Both the position numbers and the translations under genes were made by a program. A model generated the notes under the pieces. The model saw only the letters and a list, made by a program, of their open reading frames with translations, made no database searches and was not told where the DNA came from. A stretch of DNA of 64,000 nucleotides from Pecten maximus (Eukaryota), in assembly GCF_902652985.1 (NCBI RefSeq), contig NC_047032.1:13950001-14014000 (forward strand), read 5' to 3'. Below, piece after piece: positions 49,646 to 63,900 of this stretch. Within the stretch, counting starts at the first letter, position 1. Each line of letters opens with the position of its first letter.

Positions 49646-51165
49646 ATGAACAGTGCTGCAAATATCACGACACCGCTGATGAAGAATCTAACAATTCAAA
49701 AGAATTCTTCCATTATACCATCGACGTTCGGAGATACCTCACCAATGTGGATAACAAACGATCCCTTGACAACGAAAAGCTACGTTTCAACTGTGACGGA
49801 CTTTACTATGGCTACTTCGAATACAACACTATGGACCAACGCGACCACCGCGGGACCAATGCCAGACCCAAGTAAATGCCGTCATTTCGTCCCTGATGCT
49901 GTACTAAATATCGTCAACGATAAGGTCCTCAACGATGTTCTGATGCCATCCCTAATCCTAACAATTATGATGCTTGTGATCGGTGTCCCCGGGAATCTCA
50001 TCGTTTTCACTGTATACTGGAAAAGATGGCAGAAAACAACATCACGTCTGTTCATCATGGCGTTGGCTGCGTTTGACCTTTGTAACTGTGTTTCCATGGC
50101 ATTTGAAATCGACATAATATTGAACGCCGTACATTACGATCATCCATCCCGTTGTAAATTTGCCCGGATGTTCACGTTTCTGATGAACAATGCTTCTTCC
50201 TTCACTTTGCTGGTTATTGCGATTGATAGATTTATGAGGATTTGCCGTCCTCTGAAGCCGGCAATGATAAACATACATGCTAAAATAGCCATCGCTGTTT
50301 TAATCGTGATGGCGGTTGTCTTTGCCTTCCGGCAGCAGTGTTGTATGGGACTCAAACGCGAATCACGAAAACGGCATTCCCAAACGTTTGTATCAAGATG
50401 CATCTTTGTTTGATAGAAGACGGTTACACCACCTCAAAGCTACCACTGGTCTTCACAAGTGTTTTACTGGCAGGAAATCTGGCTATTGATGTCGTTCTCA
50501 TCACCTGCTATGTTTGTATAGCTTACCAAGTCATCCAACGAGGTCAAATCAGTGATGGAGTTTTGTCAAAAAGCCGCCAACTTAGTATTTCGTCTACAGG
50601 GACTGTCCATGATGTTTTAGAATCAGATGCTGTTCGCAAACCTGAGCCAATCCTTCTTACCAGAAAGGCGTCTGTTGCATCTTCGGAAGTCAATGGTGGG
50701 GGTGAAACTGAACCCTCTCAGGCGGAAGGATGTAAACTGACCAGAAATATCAAAGGAGTCACGTCACGTTCTGTCAGAAGGGGAAGTATTAATTCCAAAC
50801 CGTCAGCGTCATTCAAGAGATCCCAGTTCCAACGGCAGAGATCAGTGTCGATTCAGAGCATTGAAAATAGACGAGCGCAGATGTACAAGACGACACTGAT
50901 GCTTTTCCTCGTAACTCTCCTCTTCATGGTCTCTTTCATTCCTTATTGTGTGATAGTCATTATACGATATATCCAGCCCAACTATTACGACACATTGACC
51001 ACATCCGGTCAAGCCATTTTCCAGTTCTTCCTCAGGACCTATTTGTTCAGTTGTGCGTTGAATCCTGTCATTTACAGCTTCATGAGTGAACAATTCAGAA
51101 AGGAATGCGTAAAGTTGTTCAGGAGAAGTGGAATCTGCAAGAAGAAACATACGTTTAGCCGTTGA
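49646..51165 (+). pseudogene. Class A peptide GPCR paralog A (CCK/orexin-receptor-like) with a single 1-bp frameshift (pseudogene or assembly error)
   Basis: Colinear with 54406-55926 but reads GCCTTCCGGCA at 50324-50334 where paralog B has GCCTTCCCGGCA, giving split ORFs 49646-50413 and 50338-51165. No other lesions seen. A probable non-coding exon donor lies at 48691/48692. Confidence 0.8.
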
Positions 51166-54100
51166 ATCCGGTCATTGTAATTTTAATACCCGCGTATCTA
51201 CTTGTAGATGACGTCGTGCCATTGTTATTTACATTTCATAATCATCTGTTTGGATTTGCACCAGCACAGCCTGGTGAACAGACTTTTAATGGCCATTATT
51301 GCTTTAATTATTGGCGACGTTCATCTCGTTCAAGCAGAAAATATATCATTAGTTTTGTATACCATATTGTATAGTTTTGTCTGCTTGTTATTTATTCGGG
51401 TTGATATATGTTTATAAATTGAAGCGCTTTCTTGCTGTAAATGTATTTTTTGTTCATTCAAATGTTATCGGTTTGATAATTTTTGCTTAAAATCTTCCTT
51501 TGTATTATATTTTTGATATTCTATGTGATTTTGTAGGTATGTTTCTGCTGTTGCAAAATTATTCTGACCCCGAAGATAGAAATATAGAGCATTTTGAAAT
51601 ACAACCATTTCGGTACTCACTTTAGGGTGAACTATTCTGATATATACGCTTCTGTAAATTTGTTTGCAGAAATATCACACTGATGAATTTCAGTGCGTTT
51701 GTACAGATGTAATATAGTTCCCACTAGTCATTAAACATTTGTTTAAATGCTGGTTTACTGATATATTGAATTAAAAATGCATTCCCTACACATTGATCGT
51801 TTTACTATGTCCCGACCTCAGAGCTAATTTTCAGTGAAATTCCACCACAATTACTTATTGATCCGAAGTGGTTGATTTAATTAAGCTTGAGAATAGTTTG
51901 AATGAACTTGGGGGAAAATACGTGTTGTTCTGCGTTGTTATAGCAAATGTACTGGAATACTAATTAGTCTATACGGTATCGTTTATCATTGGTATAGCTT
52001 ATACTAATGATGCTTTTATGTAAATAGTTAGATACTATATAGCTTATAATATTTACTAAATATAGCACGGATAAATAAATACACAGCGAATACACGTATA
52101 TACAAACTAATGTAAATGATTGTTGCAGAATATATACACTCCGGTGTTGTAGGGAATTTAATATCCGCGAAATAATTCTACCTTGGATAACCGCAAGCAA
52201 TCAAGCTCCGTGGAATTTAACAATTAAACGGCGTTTTTATGGATTACTACTTAATTGTCTTACTACTCGATTACTGACATCATGAAATAATTTATACAGC
52301 TCATATATGCAGAACACTTGTAATTAAAAGAAATATTATGTTCTTAAAAGGCTAACAATGTAAACATTTTCTGGGATGTTCATCGACATCAGACCAATCA
52401 ATACAATTTTCAACCTACAAAAATGTAATTCCACCTTTAAAAATTCACAGAAACATAATTCGGAGAATTGGAAAGGTGTTTTTAAAATACCAAACTCAAA
52501 CTTTACAGAAAAAAATAAGAATGCATATTTTCTTAACCGTTATTTGTAAGCTTGAATGAAGGATATTTTCATTTCGGGTCTTTTCGAATGTAAAAGTATT
52601 ATTGCATTGTCTATGAATGATTAGGCGATATTTGGGGACTGAAACATAATATTTTGCAGCATATGTAGCAAGCTTAATGCTGGAAAACAGTACACCATTT
52701 TAGTGCAAAATATGTAACATAACAAAATATGACGAAGAAAATATTGAGAAATGGATATGCCATTATTTATCTAATAGTCAAAACTCGTTATGTCGAAGAA
52801 AATGGAGCAATGAAAAACAACGAGATATTCGGAGTATTCGAGGTAAGCGAGTATATTTTTACGTATCATTTGTACCGTCTGAATGTTCGCTTCAGAGTAA
52901 GTGAGGTTACAGTTAGAGGTAACAAGAATGGCTTCCTATTCATATAACGTCAAAAATGAGTTTGTAGATCTAATCGAGAATGGAATGAATGTGTTGCATC
53001 AATGAAATACAGTAGTTTGGGTTTATTCAATCACATTATGCACATTTTAGCCCCCATTTATATAAGGGGAGTGGGGGTGGAGTGGAGGGTTAAATTATCC
53101 TCCCGTTACGATAGCTTGCAGTGGCGATGCCTTGCAGGTATTTGCAGACACGCCACCCATTGGATACTTGTCCTGGCTAATACACAATGTACACTCATCC
53201 CCTGACGACATAGACACTCAATCAAGGAAATAAACAATAACGACGCAAACGACCCGCGACCAACAAATTTGTAATTTGAAACGCATGTGTATGTTCAGGC
53301 TCGACCAAACAAACTGACATACCTCTAGTCTGTTTCTGTGGCTGGCAGGTGTATTCCTTCTCTCCATCAGCAGCTTTGTAAAATAACTAACAAGGTAAGT
53401 TTCCTTTTTTTAGCTTTGATATCTTCGATGATATAATTTTTTCATATGATTAGTAAATGAAATTAATGTATTTTGTTTGTTTTTTGCTTATGTGTTTTAA
53501 CTTTAACATTGAATAGTCATTTTCATTCATATACATAATTTTACATTTGATAAAAGTCCGAAATAAATTGACATTGTTAGTTGTCAAAGGGAAAACTACT
53601 AATTTATGATTGTTTCTATATTCAGTCATATCGGTATACACTACAGAATTAACTACATTTAATACGGTTAAGCACACTCGACCTCTCATTACCATTCCCG
53701 TCGTTGCTAGTGATATATGACACATCCCGCGTGTCAAACTGGTTGATGGCATATGTCAATTTCGAAGAACTATGGTATTTGACTTAGTCTGTAAATAAAA
53801 CCTGCCGATCAATATTTGATAAAATCCTTTAGGCGAGCACAAACAATAATTATCATGTTTATCATTTATTTTGAGTACAAGGACACAGTGTATCGAGACC
53901 TTACAATATCAACGTTTAAAACATGTTTTTTACTTAGGACTCTGCTATTATTTTGTAGGTCTTTTTTATTTTCCTGGTTTTTCCACACACCCCGCCCCTA
54001 ACCGCAATTACATATCTTCAGCTGTAGGTTGCTGTGCAAGTAATAATTATTCGGTCTATATCCTTCTTTATTTAAAGAGATGATATGTGTACATTTTATG

Positions 54101-54405
54101 AACCATCACGACCTTTTTACCATTGAGCTGCCCAATCTTTATATTTTGCTATTTTAAAATTACACCATGCAGAGTATAGCTTTCTCTAGCGCCTTAGTAA
54201 TTTCGAAGAACACGATCTTCATGTCAAATACCCATAGGAAGCTCCATTTCTGTCACGCGCAGATGAATGTCCAAATCCCGAGGAATAGGTTTTACATTGT
54301 TACATTCAATTTAAACAAATGTCTTGTGGTATTGTGGAGGTCGATTAGAATCACACAATTGTACCTAAAACTAGATTCTCATTACAACTGCATTGTATTT
54401 GACAG

Positions 54406-55926
54406 ATGACCAATACTACAGATATCACAATACCGCTAACGGAGAATGTAACAATTCCAATGAATTCTTCCATAATTACAACGACGTTCGGAGATACCTC
54501 GCCAATGTGGGTAACAAACGATCCTTTGACAACGGAAAGTTATGTTTCAACTGTTATGGACTTTACCATGACTACTTGGAATACAACAATGTGGACCAAC
54601 GCGACCACCGCGGGACCGATGCCAGACCCAAGTAAATGCCTTCATTTCGTCCCTGATGCTGTACTAAATATCGTCAACGATAAGGTCCTCAACGATGTTC
54701 TGATCCCATCCTTAATCCTGACAATTATGATGTTTGTGATCGGTGTCCCTGGGAATCTTATCGTTTTCTATGTATACTGGAGAAGGTGGCGCAAAACAAC
54801 ATCACGTCTGTTCATCATGGCGTTGGCTGCGTTTGACCTTTGTAACTGTGTTTCAATGGCATTTGAAATTGATATAATATTGAACGTCGTACAATATGAT
54901 CATCCATCCCGTTGCAAATTTGCCCGGATGTTCACGTTTCTGATGAACAATGCTTCTTCCTTCACTTTGCTGGTTATTGCGATTGATAGATTTATGAGGA
55001 TTTGCCGTCCTCTGAAGCCGGCAATGATCAACGTACAGGCCAAAGTAGCCATCGCTGTTGCCGTCGTTATGGCGGTAGTCTTTGCCTTCCCGGCAGCAGT
55101 GTTGTATGGGACTCAAACGCGAATCATGAAAACGGCATTCCCAAACGTTTGTATCAAGATGCATCTTTGTCTAATAGAGGACAGTTATACCACCTCAAAA
55201 CTACCACTGATATTCACAAGTGTTTTACTGGCTGGGAATCTGGCTATTGACGTTGTTCTCATCATCTGCTATATTTGTATAGCTTACCAAGTCATCCAAA
55301 GAGGTCAGTTCAATGACGGATGTTTGTCGAAAAGTCGTCAACCTAGTATTTCGTCTACCGCCACTGACCATGATGTTTTAGAGCCAGATGCTATTTATAA
55401 ACCTACGCCAATCGTCCTTGCTAGACAGGGGTCTCTTGCATCTTCGGAAGTCAATGGCGGGGATGGAACTGAACCAGCCAAAGCGGACGGAAGTAAACTA
55501 GCAAGGAATATCAACGGAAGCACGTCACGTTCTGTCGGAGGGGGAAGTATCAATTCCAAACCGTCGGCGTCATTCAAAAGATCCCAGTTCAAAAAGCAGC
55601 GATCGATGTCGACTCAGAGCATTGAAAGTAGACGAGCGCAGATGTACAAGACGACACTGATGCTTTTCCTCGTAACTCTCCTCTTCATGGTCTCTTTCAT
55701 CCCTTATTGTGTGATAGTCATAATTCGATATATCCAGCCCAACTATTACGACACATTGACCACATCCGGTCAAGCTATCTTCCAGTTCTTCCTCAGGATG
55801 TATTTGCTCAGTTGCGCGTTGAATCCTGTCATTTACAGCTTCATGAGTGAACAATTCAGAAAGGAATGCGTAATGTTGTTCAGGAGAAGTGGAATCTGCA
55901 AGAAGAAACATACATTTAGCCGTTGA
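54406..55926 (+). CDS. Class A (rhodopsin-family) peptide GPCR paralog B, CCK/orexin-receptor-like, 506 aa, intronless CDS
   Basis: Seven hydrophobic segments with GVPGN (TM1), LAAFD (TM2), IAIDRF (TM3), FMVSFIPY (TM6) and NPVIY (TM7); Thr-rich N-terminus with several N-glycosylation sequons; long ICL3. The ATG directly follows a CAG acceptor, with an upstream donor at 53394/53395. Confidence 0.92.
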   Translation: MTNTTDITIPLTENVTIPMNSSIITTTFGDTSPMWVTNDPLTTESYVSTVMDFTMTTWNTTMWTNATTAGPMPDPSKCLHFVPDAVLNIVNDKVLNDVLIPSLILTIMMFVIGVPGNLIVFYVYWRRWRKTTSRLFIMALAAFDLCNCVSMAFEIDIILNVVQYDHPSRCKFARMFTFLMNNASSFTLLVIAIDRFMRICRPLKPAMINVQAKVAIAVAVVMAVVFAFPAAVLYGTQTRIMKTAFPNVCIKMHLCLIEDSYTTSKLPLIFTSVLLAGNLAIDVVLIICYICIAYQVIQRGQFNDGCLSKSRQPSISSTATDHDVLEPDAIYKPTPIVLARQGSLASSEVNGGDGTEPAKADGSKLARNINGSTSRSVGGGSINSKPSASFKRSQFKKQRSMSTQSIESRRAQMYKTTLMLFLVTLLFMVSFIPYCVIVIIRYIQPNYYDTLTTSGQAIFQFFLRMYLLSCALNPVIYSFMSEQFRKECVMLFRRSGICKKKHTFSR

Positions 55927-58900
55927 ATGAAGTAATTTAAACTTCTATACCCGTGTAACTATTTGGAGCTATGTTAACGTTGGCATGGCATCGGGATTTG
56001 CTCGACATAATGAACTGTGTGTCTTTGGTGCCAGCACTTTATCTGATGTACAGACATGTTACTGATCGTGTTTGCTTTAATTTTTAATGACGATAATTCC
56101 CATTGTTGTACAGGTTGAAAATGTATCTACTGTTTTGTTTGCTATGTTGTTTAGTTCTGATTTATTTATATAGCCTTGATATACGTTGTTTTCTTCCTTA
56201 ATTCAAATCTTCGCGCTTTGACCAATCAGTTTTAAACTATAAAATAAATTATACTTTTCTGTTTCAATGTAATTTCCTACGTATAATGTATACGTTTTTA
56301 CGAAAATATAAAACAACCTGTCAAGTTTCATTGTCTGGACAGTACTAATATCATATGCGTTTCTGTGAAACATTAGCGGAAAAGTGACACTAGTGAATTT
56401 CAGTGCCTTCGTATGGATGTACACATGCGATTCTACTAATTATAAATCATCATTTTAAAATTATATTCTGGTTGAAGAGAGATATATTTAATTAAACAAC
56501 GCTTGGCTATCAACGACTCTGTCTCCAATGAAATTTCACAAGTCACCCCAATAACCGCTGGAATAAACTCTTGAGAATACTATGAATGTACCTGATGAAC
56601 ATAAGCATACTTTTTGTTTTGAATTGTTATAACAAATGTATTGGAATACTAATCAGCCTTTATGGAATTGTTTGTCTTTGGTATAGCTAATAATATGTTT
56701 TTTATGTAAATAGTTATATACTGTATAGTTTGCAATATTTGTGAGGGATTTAATTTCGCTATATTCGTTGCTATTATATATACCTTGAACATAAGAATCA
56801 AGCCAATTGTGTTTAGTGTAGAATGATTACACAGCGACTGTACCGGAAGTTTAAAATTCAGGAAGTATTTCGGAATTTGATGACCGGAAATTTGGTCCGT
56901 GAAATAACAACTTAACTGTATTTTTGTTGAGTAATGTTAATGATCTTACTTTGTCTTCCTCATTGTTGAGATACAGTTTTAATACATGAGTTACCAGTTC
57001 ACACCAGTTCTATTATACCACTTCAGTTAGAAGTAATATCTTCCCAAACCTCATCGTCGGATATCAACGGTTGATGGTACTACGCTACGCTTATCACCAG
57101 TACGTCAATAATAAAATAAAAAACCATGGAGACTTTTTAATTGGCTCCCTCAAATTTTTCTGTTGGAATTTCAGCCAACTCAGACTGAAGGTGACATATG
57201 CTTTGTAGAAGCTGCATATCGAAAAAAAAACAGTGGTGGCGAGTGATTTCGAGAACGTGTTGTTCAATTACGATACTGTGTTTAGCTTATCGACCTCTAC
57301 GACTTCCTACCAACTATTTGTTTATCACAGAATCTGAACGCCTTGATCGGCTCAGCCATATTGTTACCTGCATTTTGTTTGGTACTTTTTCTCCTCTAAT
57401 CCGACGAGTTCTGAAAGGGTTAGGTTGGTTATATTTGTAGAGTGACGTCATTGGAACCGAGGATTTTTCACAGAGTTGATCCACGGGTGATGAGCATAGC
57501 TTTGTGAAATCAACCGTGGGTACCGACGATGCCCAGATCTTAAGAGTCTAAGAATGTAAATACATATTAATCATATTAGACCCATTTAATACGATAAAAC
57601 CACAATAATTCTCCATTATGCCTGAAAATGATGTATGTATGTATTGTATAATTTTACTGCTTTTGACTAGCTGATGCAGCGACACAGTAATGTCTAAGAG
57701 AAAAGAGTGTATAGTTGAATAAGGATTAACTTGAATATGCTATTTATCTTATGAAGTGTTGTATCATTATAAACTGCTTGGCGGTTTATTTCAAGTAGAC
57801 ACCGTCTTTTGTGTTATACCTCCATAACATTTAAAATATATATTGAAGTTAATCCTTAAGTGAACGAGGCCCATGAAAACCACTTATACCACGTGTAGAT
57901 TCTACTATATTTTACTATTAGGACATAATGTTTATTCGCGGGAAAATGATACATAAAGGAAACACGATAACTTTAGACTGTATCCTGTTTGAGCGGAAAA
58001 CAGGCGGATGTATTTTTGAATCAGACGCCTTGTTCTATGTATCCCGTTCATTACCATCAAAAGAACAGTGTGTTTTCAACACGAATATTAAATTGTAAAC
58101 ATAATTTAATGTTAAAATATTATACCATTATCATATTCAGTTGGATTAGTTAACTCAGTGACTAACAATTAGTAATTCTGGCTTCCAAAATTTCTAGAGT
58201 CCGAAATTATTATTACCGTCATGTTGCTATTTTTATGTTTGCCATGTTTTCTGTAGATTCTGATTTTTTGAGGGTATTGTTGTGTATATGTGTTATCTTA
58301 TGATTTTCAATTTCATATCAGATTATGGTTGCATGATGAAGTAGAAATAGAAAGGGCCAAGATGGTGACTTGAAAAGTGGAAAGAGTCGTTTTTTCCCTC
58401 GCCAATGGCAAGCAGCCGGAAATTTGGAATTAGATATTGTACCTAATCTAGCTTAAAAAAAATCAATATGATTCACTCTATACCAGCACTAAGATGTGCT
58501 TGAAAATTAAAAAAAAAAATCCCAGGCTAATTGTTTTTAAAGTCAGTAAGTTTATATCTATGTCAGTGTTTGGTGATAGACCCTTACTGATATGATATTG
58601 AAATTAGCAGTTCCTGCCCACTTTTTTCTTCGCTTTGTTTTCCTATTCCAGTGTATCAATAACATACATCCAAATATAAACATGGATGTTACGATGCGTT
58701 TAATATCTTTCAAAAAGCAAGGGTCATATAAGGGCGGTGTCCAGGTGATAACAGGCAAGGTAATATGAAGAAAGTTATCGAAGGGAACACTATCCTACCA
58801 AATTGAATTTAGTTTAGGCATTGTTTGATATCTATTATGCATACATAACCACAGTAGATTATGCAGAGATATATAATGAAAGCAACTTGGGTATACAGTA

Positions 58901-59010
58901 CAACTGAAGAATGGAAAATAATATTGTGCATACTGTGTGAATAAAATGTTTTTTTTTAATATTTGATCGTTGTTTATATTTTTTTACTTACCGTGAGATA
59001 TACTACCATG

Positions 59011-59017
<7 letters not shown>

Positions 59018-59061
<44 letters not shown>

Positions 59062-59106
59062 ACACACACAGAGACAGACAGACAGACAGACAGAGACAGA
59101 GAGAGA
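59018..59106. repeat. (GA)n/(CA)n/(GACA)n compound microsatellite
   Basis: Directly visible. Confidence 0.95.
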
Positions 59107-60464
59107 TGATATACTTCACTGTTCAAATGACCAGTAGGCGGACCACACATGCAGCAATAAAGATGCAACGCAAGATTATGTACTTTTATAAAGAGGTAGT
59201 TGATTGTTCTTGTTGAGCATACTGATATACTGTGTCAGCAGAGCTGACACACATTTCTGTGTTCGCAGGAAGGAAGCAAAGTAAGTAGGTCTGACAGATG
59301 GTCAAGAGGAGTTAAGATATACACTCTGCCTTGAAATATTGTCATTGTTTTTATTGTATACAGACCAAGCGGTGTACATATGTGTAAACAAAACGTCTGT
59401 TTGTATGTACATATCTCCTTTACACACTAAATGGTCATAATATTCAGAATTTACAAGAGTTGATAGTTTGTCATTTTGGGTTTTTACGTCCTCAGGCAAA
59501 GATAAATTTTTCACTACCCTTTTAAAATCCCTATGGTACTATTCAGACAGAATTTACGTCAATCTATGTTATATTGCTATTGTTTTAATATTTTTATAGT
59601 ATTTCAATGCTGTGAATAAAAATACAAACAAATCTTTTAAAAGCGACTCTAGGCAAATTTTGATAAAGGTATTCAATTTAAAGCATTTTTCACGGAAGGA
59701 AATCTTTATGGAGAACAGTTTTGTTCAATATATTTTATGTTGATAATGTAAACAAATATGTTTTTGTATCCTTAAAAAATAAGTTCCTGGAAGGGTCTCT
59801 AGCAACGTCTAAACAATATCTTATAGAAATATATCTACAGAAAAAAAAACACGGATAAGACTTGTTTTCGAAACAATAATAGCGAATACCTGAAATGTAT
59901 GAAAATACAACGGAAACACAAATTACACACAACTAAACATAAACATGAACCTCAATGTTAAAAAGAAAATGCATGACAGAGGTTCGCCTTAAACAAACAT
60001 ACATTTATTCATTTAAATTAATCATATTTATTTTTATGAAAACATCAATCGAAAATAAAAATCACTATTTAAAGCTATATATACAAACATTGAAAAAAAT
60101 AGAACTGCTTTTGACCGAAGTAGAATTTAGAGTCTGGCGTTATTTAATTGTCTCAAAGCTACCAATTCAGTTGCTTTTTTTAAAAAAATGTTGTGGTGTT
60201 TTGTGGTATATATATCAACAAAATTTTTATCATAGCACACGGGGAATCAAACGAGATTTAATTAAAAGAATAGAAAAAATCGAATCCTATCCCATGACGT
60301 GTTGTACACGTGAGCTACAAATACGTACAACACTCAATGATGTAAATTGTGACGTACGTCGATTTACTCTTTAATGTTAATTGATAAGGCTGGACCTTAC
60401 ACTCGTTTCCCCTACGCAGTTCCACTATCCTTTGCAGTTTACATGTACGTCAGTTTTGGTCTAT

Positions 60465-60575
60465 TATTGCTTAACGCCCTATCAAGAGCCTTGTTCACTA
60501 AAGGATGGCCTCGCCTGTGTGCGAGATGCATGCGTATGGTGGATGTGAGTTAGGGAGGCTTCGATACATTCGTAG
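60465..60575. mobile_element. SINE-like fragment (same family as 6830-7400)
   Basis: TATTGCTTAACGCCCTATCAAGAG...AAGGATGGCCTCGCCTGTGTGCGAGATGCATGCGTATGGTG...TAGGGAGGCTTCGATACATTCG aligns with 6836-6873 plus 7232-7312. Confidence 0.65.
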
Positions 60576-61689
60576 TTCAGGTCAATATAACTATGTATCC
60601 CAGTAATAATTGTGTTTCCCGGAAAACACGCGATATTTTCCGAAAAAGAAAGGCTCGGCTTATTTCCGATTACATGGGTTAAAGTTAGATCGTTTGAGCA
60701 AATTATCTTTATTACTTATTAAGAAATGAAAAAAGTGAAGTATTATCAGACAGATGTCTATTATCTTTCAATAAACAATTGCTTGCATATGATTTATATA
60801 TATGCCAAGTAACGACTATGTACATGTTACTGTATCTTGCAGCAGTTTTTTGTTTTGTTTTTGTTTGTTTTATTTGTTTTTCGATGATTCTACTTACTGT
60901 GCAGTAGTCCCGAATGAAAATCGAGGAAGTCAAACTGGGCCTTACCTTTCATTGAATTAAAAACGGAGGTATTTAGAATGTACTTATAGACTTTGAAAAT
61001 TTTTGATAGGCTGAACAAAGCATTAACAGTATCTTATTACCGGTGTAGAAGATAGGGAAACCGCAGCTCAATATTCATATGATATTCTACATTTCAATTA
61101 TTTGTTTTTTGTTTGTTTGCTTTTGCATAGACAGCACAAAAGGAAAACAATATGTACACACAAAATACTGAGTTCTGCGAAAATAGATATTTTATTAAAC
61201 GTAACATGAAATAATGACAATGTTCCGATATCATGTCATGTGATAGAAAGACATTTCTGATAAAAAAAATGGACAAATTACGGTTAAAATTATGAAAAAT
61301 GAAAATATTCGGCACGTGCGACGTTGACTTTAAAATAACTGATACAAAATAGATCAATTTCAATCAATGCTTTCAATGTTGCCAGTTATTCATAAAAATC
61401 CTTATTAGCATTTCATTTTTATTCAGTATAATACCGTATCATCCTTAAATAAATCAAAGCTAAAAATGTACCAGAGCAATTATCTATTCTGACTCACTAT
61501 CAGCATTACAGAGTCTTAGCAACATATATATTAACCATATTTCCACATAGTGCTCTTTTTACTCATTTTGTTCTTTGCAAAAATGCAAATACATATTTGT
61601 ATACTCACCTATGAGAAAGTGGTTATGGTCACAGAAATCTTGTGATACAGATAAACAGCTTTTACATAGTTCGACATTTAATATATTCT

Positions 61690-63900
61690 AACCGTTTTTA
61701 AAAGAATTTATGCTGTTGTTAAAGCTTCCTCTAATAAGTTTTATATCTATACAATAAAAAAAAGAGTTAAACGGTAAATGGTTCAATAGGCGTAATGCAC
61801 TGAGACTGGCTCACACGCTTCAATGAGTAGGAATGGGTTATATACGTATGGCCTATCCTAAAACGGACAAGAACAATCTCGGCGGCTTTCTCTGTAGCAA
61901 AGAGTCCATTCACCGATAATTCTTTTAGCTGGATATAATATGTTATCAATATATTGATTCAATTTGTTTGCTGCTCGGTTAATAAAAAATAGTTATAAAT
62001 GGTTTAAAGTCGGTAAAGTGAAGCTTAAGATACATCGGTGGAAGTGATACTGCCGTTTTTGCCGCGCGATCTGCTAACTTATTATTTGGTATGTCCAGGA
62101 ACCCTACAGAATATCATATGACAATTGGAGATTATGTAGTATTATCCAGATTTCTGTTATTGAGACTGAAAGACAGACAGAGAGTCGGAAGAGATAACTG
62201 CCCTCGTCACATTTTTAGTTGTAACTGGTTCTAGGATGAGGAAGATATCACGGGCGTCTGCAAGGAATACTGAAGCGTCATTTGGGGGCCGGTATCCCAC
62301 GGCGGCATCGTTCTTAACAATAGCTGCCGCTACATTATGATCAACCATCAGTGTTGAATTATTGAAAGCCACGGTAGTTTTACATATATGTACAATGAGT
62401 CCAAAAAAGATAAATGAAAGATGTCAGTGGAAGTTCAAATGTCCATGGTGGAATTTCCTTTCTTTCAAAGAGTGCAATTGTTTTGCTATTAATTTAGACT
62501 GAATAGTGAAAAGTGAGGACATGTGTATACAAAACGATGGAATATTTTCGGTTTATTTTGAAACAAATCCTGATAATAATGGGAATAAACAGGATTTACT
62601 GACAGATTCGATTTAATTGAAGTGCATATTGCAATGGAAGTTTATTGCAATGATTTAACAGTGATGTTTCGTTTGAGTCTACATGGAGACTCGCAGAGGG
62701 TGTGGTTTCAAAAGCTCTAATAGCGAGTCTCAAACCGTAATGATGTACGGTATCTTTTATTTTCAGGTATGATTTTCTAGCGGTACCGTAGACAATGGAA
62801 ACGTAGTCAAGTCAAATAAGAGCTCTGTAGATCCTAAGCATAACCTTCTTATCGGCATCCCAATCAGTGTGGGACACTGATTCTATAATATGTAGTGCTT
62901 TGAAGTCTTTCGCTTTAATGTGTTTAATATGGGGAAGAAACGACAACTTGCTATCAAATATTATGCCCAGAAACTTAGTTTGACTAACTACAGGAATAAG
63001 TGTACCATCGAAGGAGACAAAACTGACAAAAATGCATAAACACTGTATTGAACTTTAAAAAATTGTCCATCCAAATTTGGAGTTATTCAAACAATGTTGT
63101 ATTGTCTTTCGATGCTATTCATGTGTTTTACTTAGCATATCGGAACACCATAAACGTATGAAGAGCCCTGTACTGAAGGGGGTTAAGTTTTGAGAGAATG
63201 CTTCCCTGTGATACAATCAACATTTGCTCATAGAAATATCAGCAAGCGTCGTTCCGTTCCGTATTTGGATAGTTCTATATGATAATTTGAAATTTGTCTG
63301 GAGATTATCTTGCGTTCGAATGTTTTAAATATGCAGCTGGTGAGAGGAATTATACGGTAGCTAGATTGGTAAGTGATATTGATTGTAGCCTTAAGAGTAA
63401 CTTTACTAGAGAATATACAAAATGTAAGTGGTTTATTTAGATTAGAATTAGACACCAGAGTGGGCCTCATTGAGTTGTCTGTATTTTTTCTTTTATTTTA
63501 TTGGTCATCTAAGACCCTCCATCAGATTTAGGAATGCGGTTCTTACCCTCTTTGAACTCTCTTTAGTTATTTTCTGAAGAGTAAGTATTGACAAGTTGAT
63601 GATGGATAATGAATGAAGGATGATGTATCGAACAGTGAAGGTCGTCTCCCTTTAATTGAATGTCATTTGAAAATATACCATTGCATATGGTCTTTCATGA
63701 TCCAGCCGGTCTTTCTTTAGCTGTCGCGTTCTTGACAAGTACATGTAATGCCGTGTGTTCTCCTGGGGTTCTCCCTGGTGGCTAAATAAATTGTCAGTGA
63801 CATTTTCTTGTAATCAGAAACTGTAGCAGTTGTATTTAAAAGGGCATACTTTCCTAGTTCTAAATAATGCATGCTTGTCGTATAACTAGCTTGAGCCATC
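61690..63900 (-). mobile_element. Decayed RNase H-encoding LINE (I/Nimb-group-like) ORF2 relic
   Basis: Minus-strand fragments in expected order: SYRIIPLTSCIFKTFERKI (pre-RT), KFLGIIFDSKLSFLPHIKHIK...VSHTDWDAD...IYRALI..LDY..IVYG (RT end), DASVFLAD...AVISSDSLS (RNase H), EIVLVRFRIGHTYITHSY (C-terminal). Many stops, frameshifts and deletions. Confidence 0.85.

Noticed and set aside
49882-55911. Antisense and alternative-frame ORFs over the two GPCR genes
   Set aside because: Shadow ORFs of the GPCR coding sequence with no recognisable motifs.
58985-60955. Isolated minus-strand donor-like sites (~58990, ~60947) suggesting another gene
   Set aside because: No associated coding exons could be assembled.
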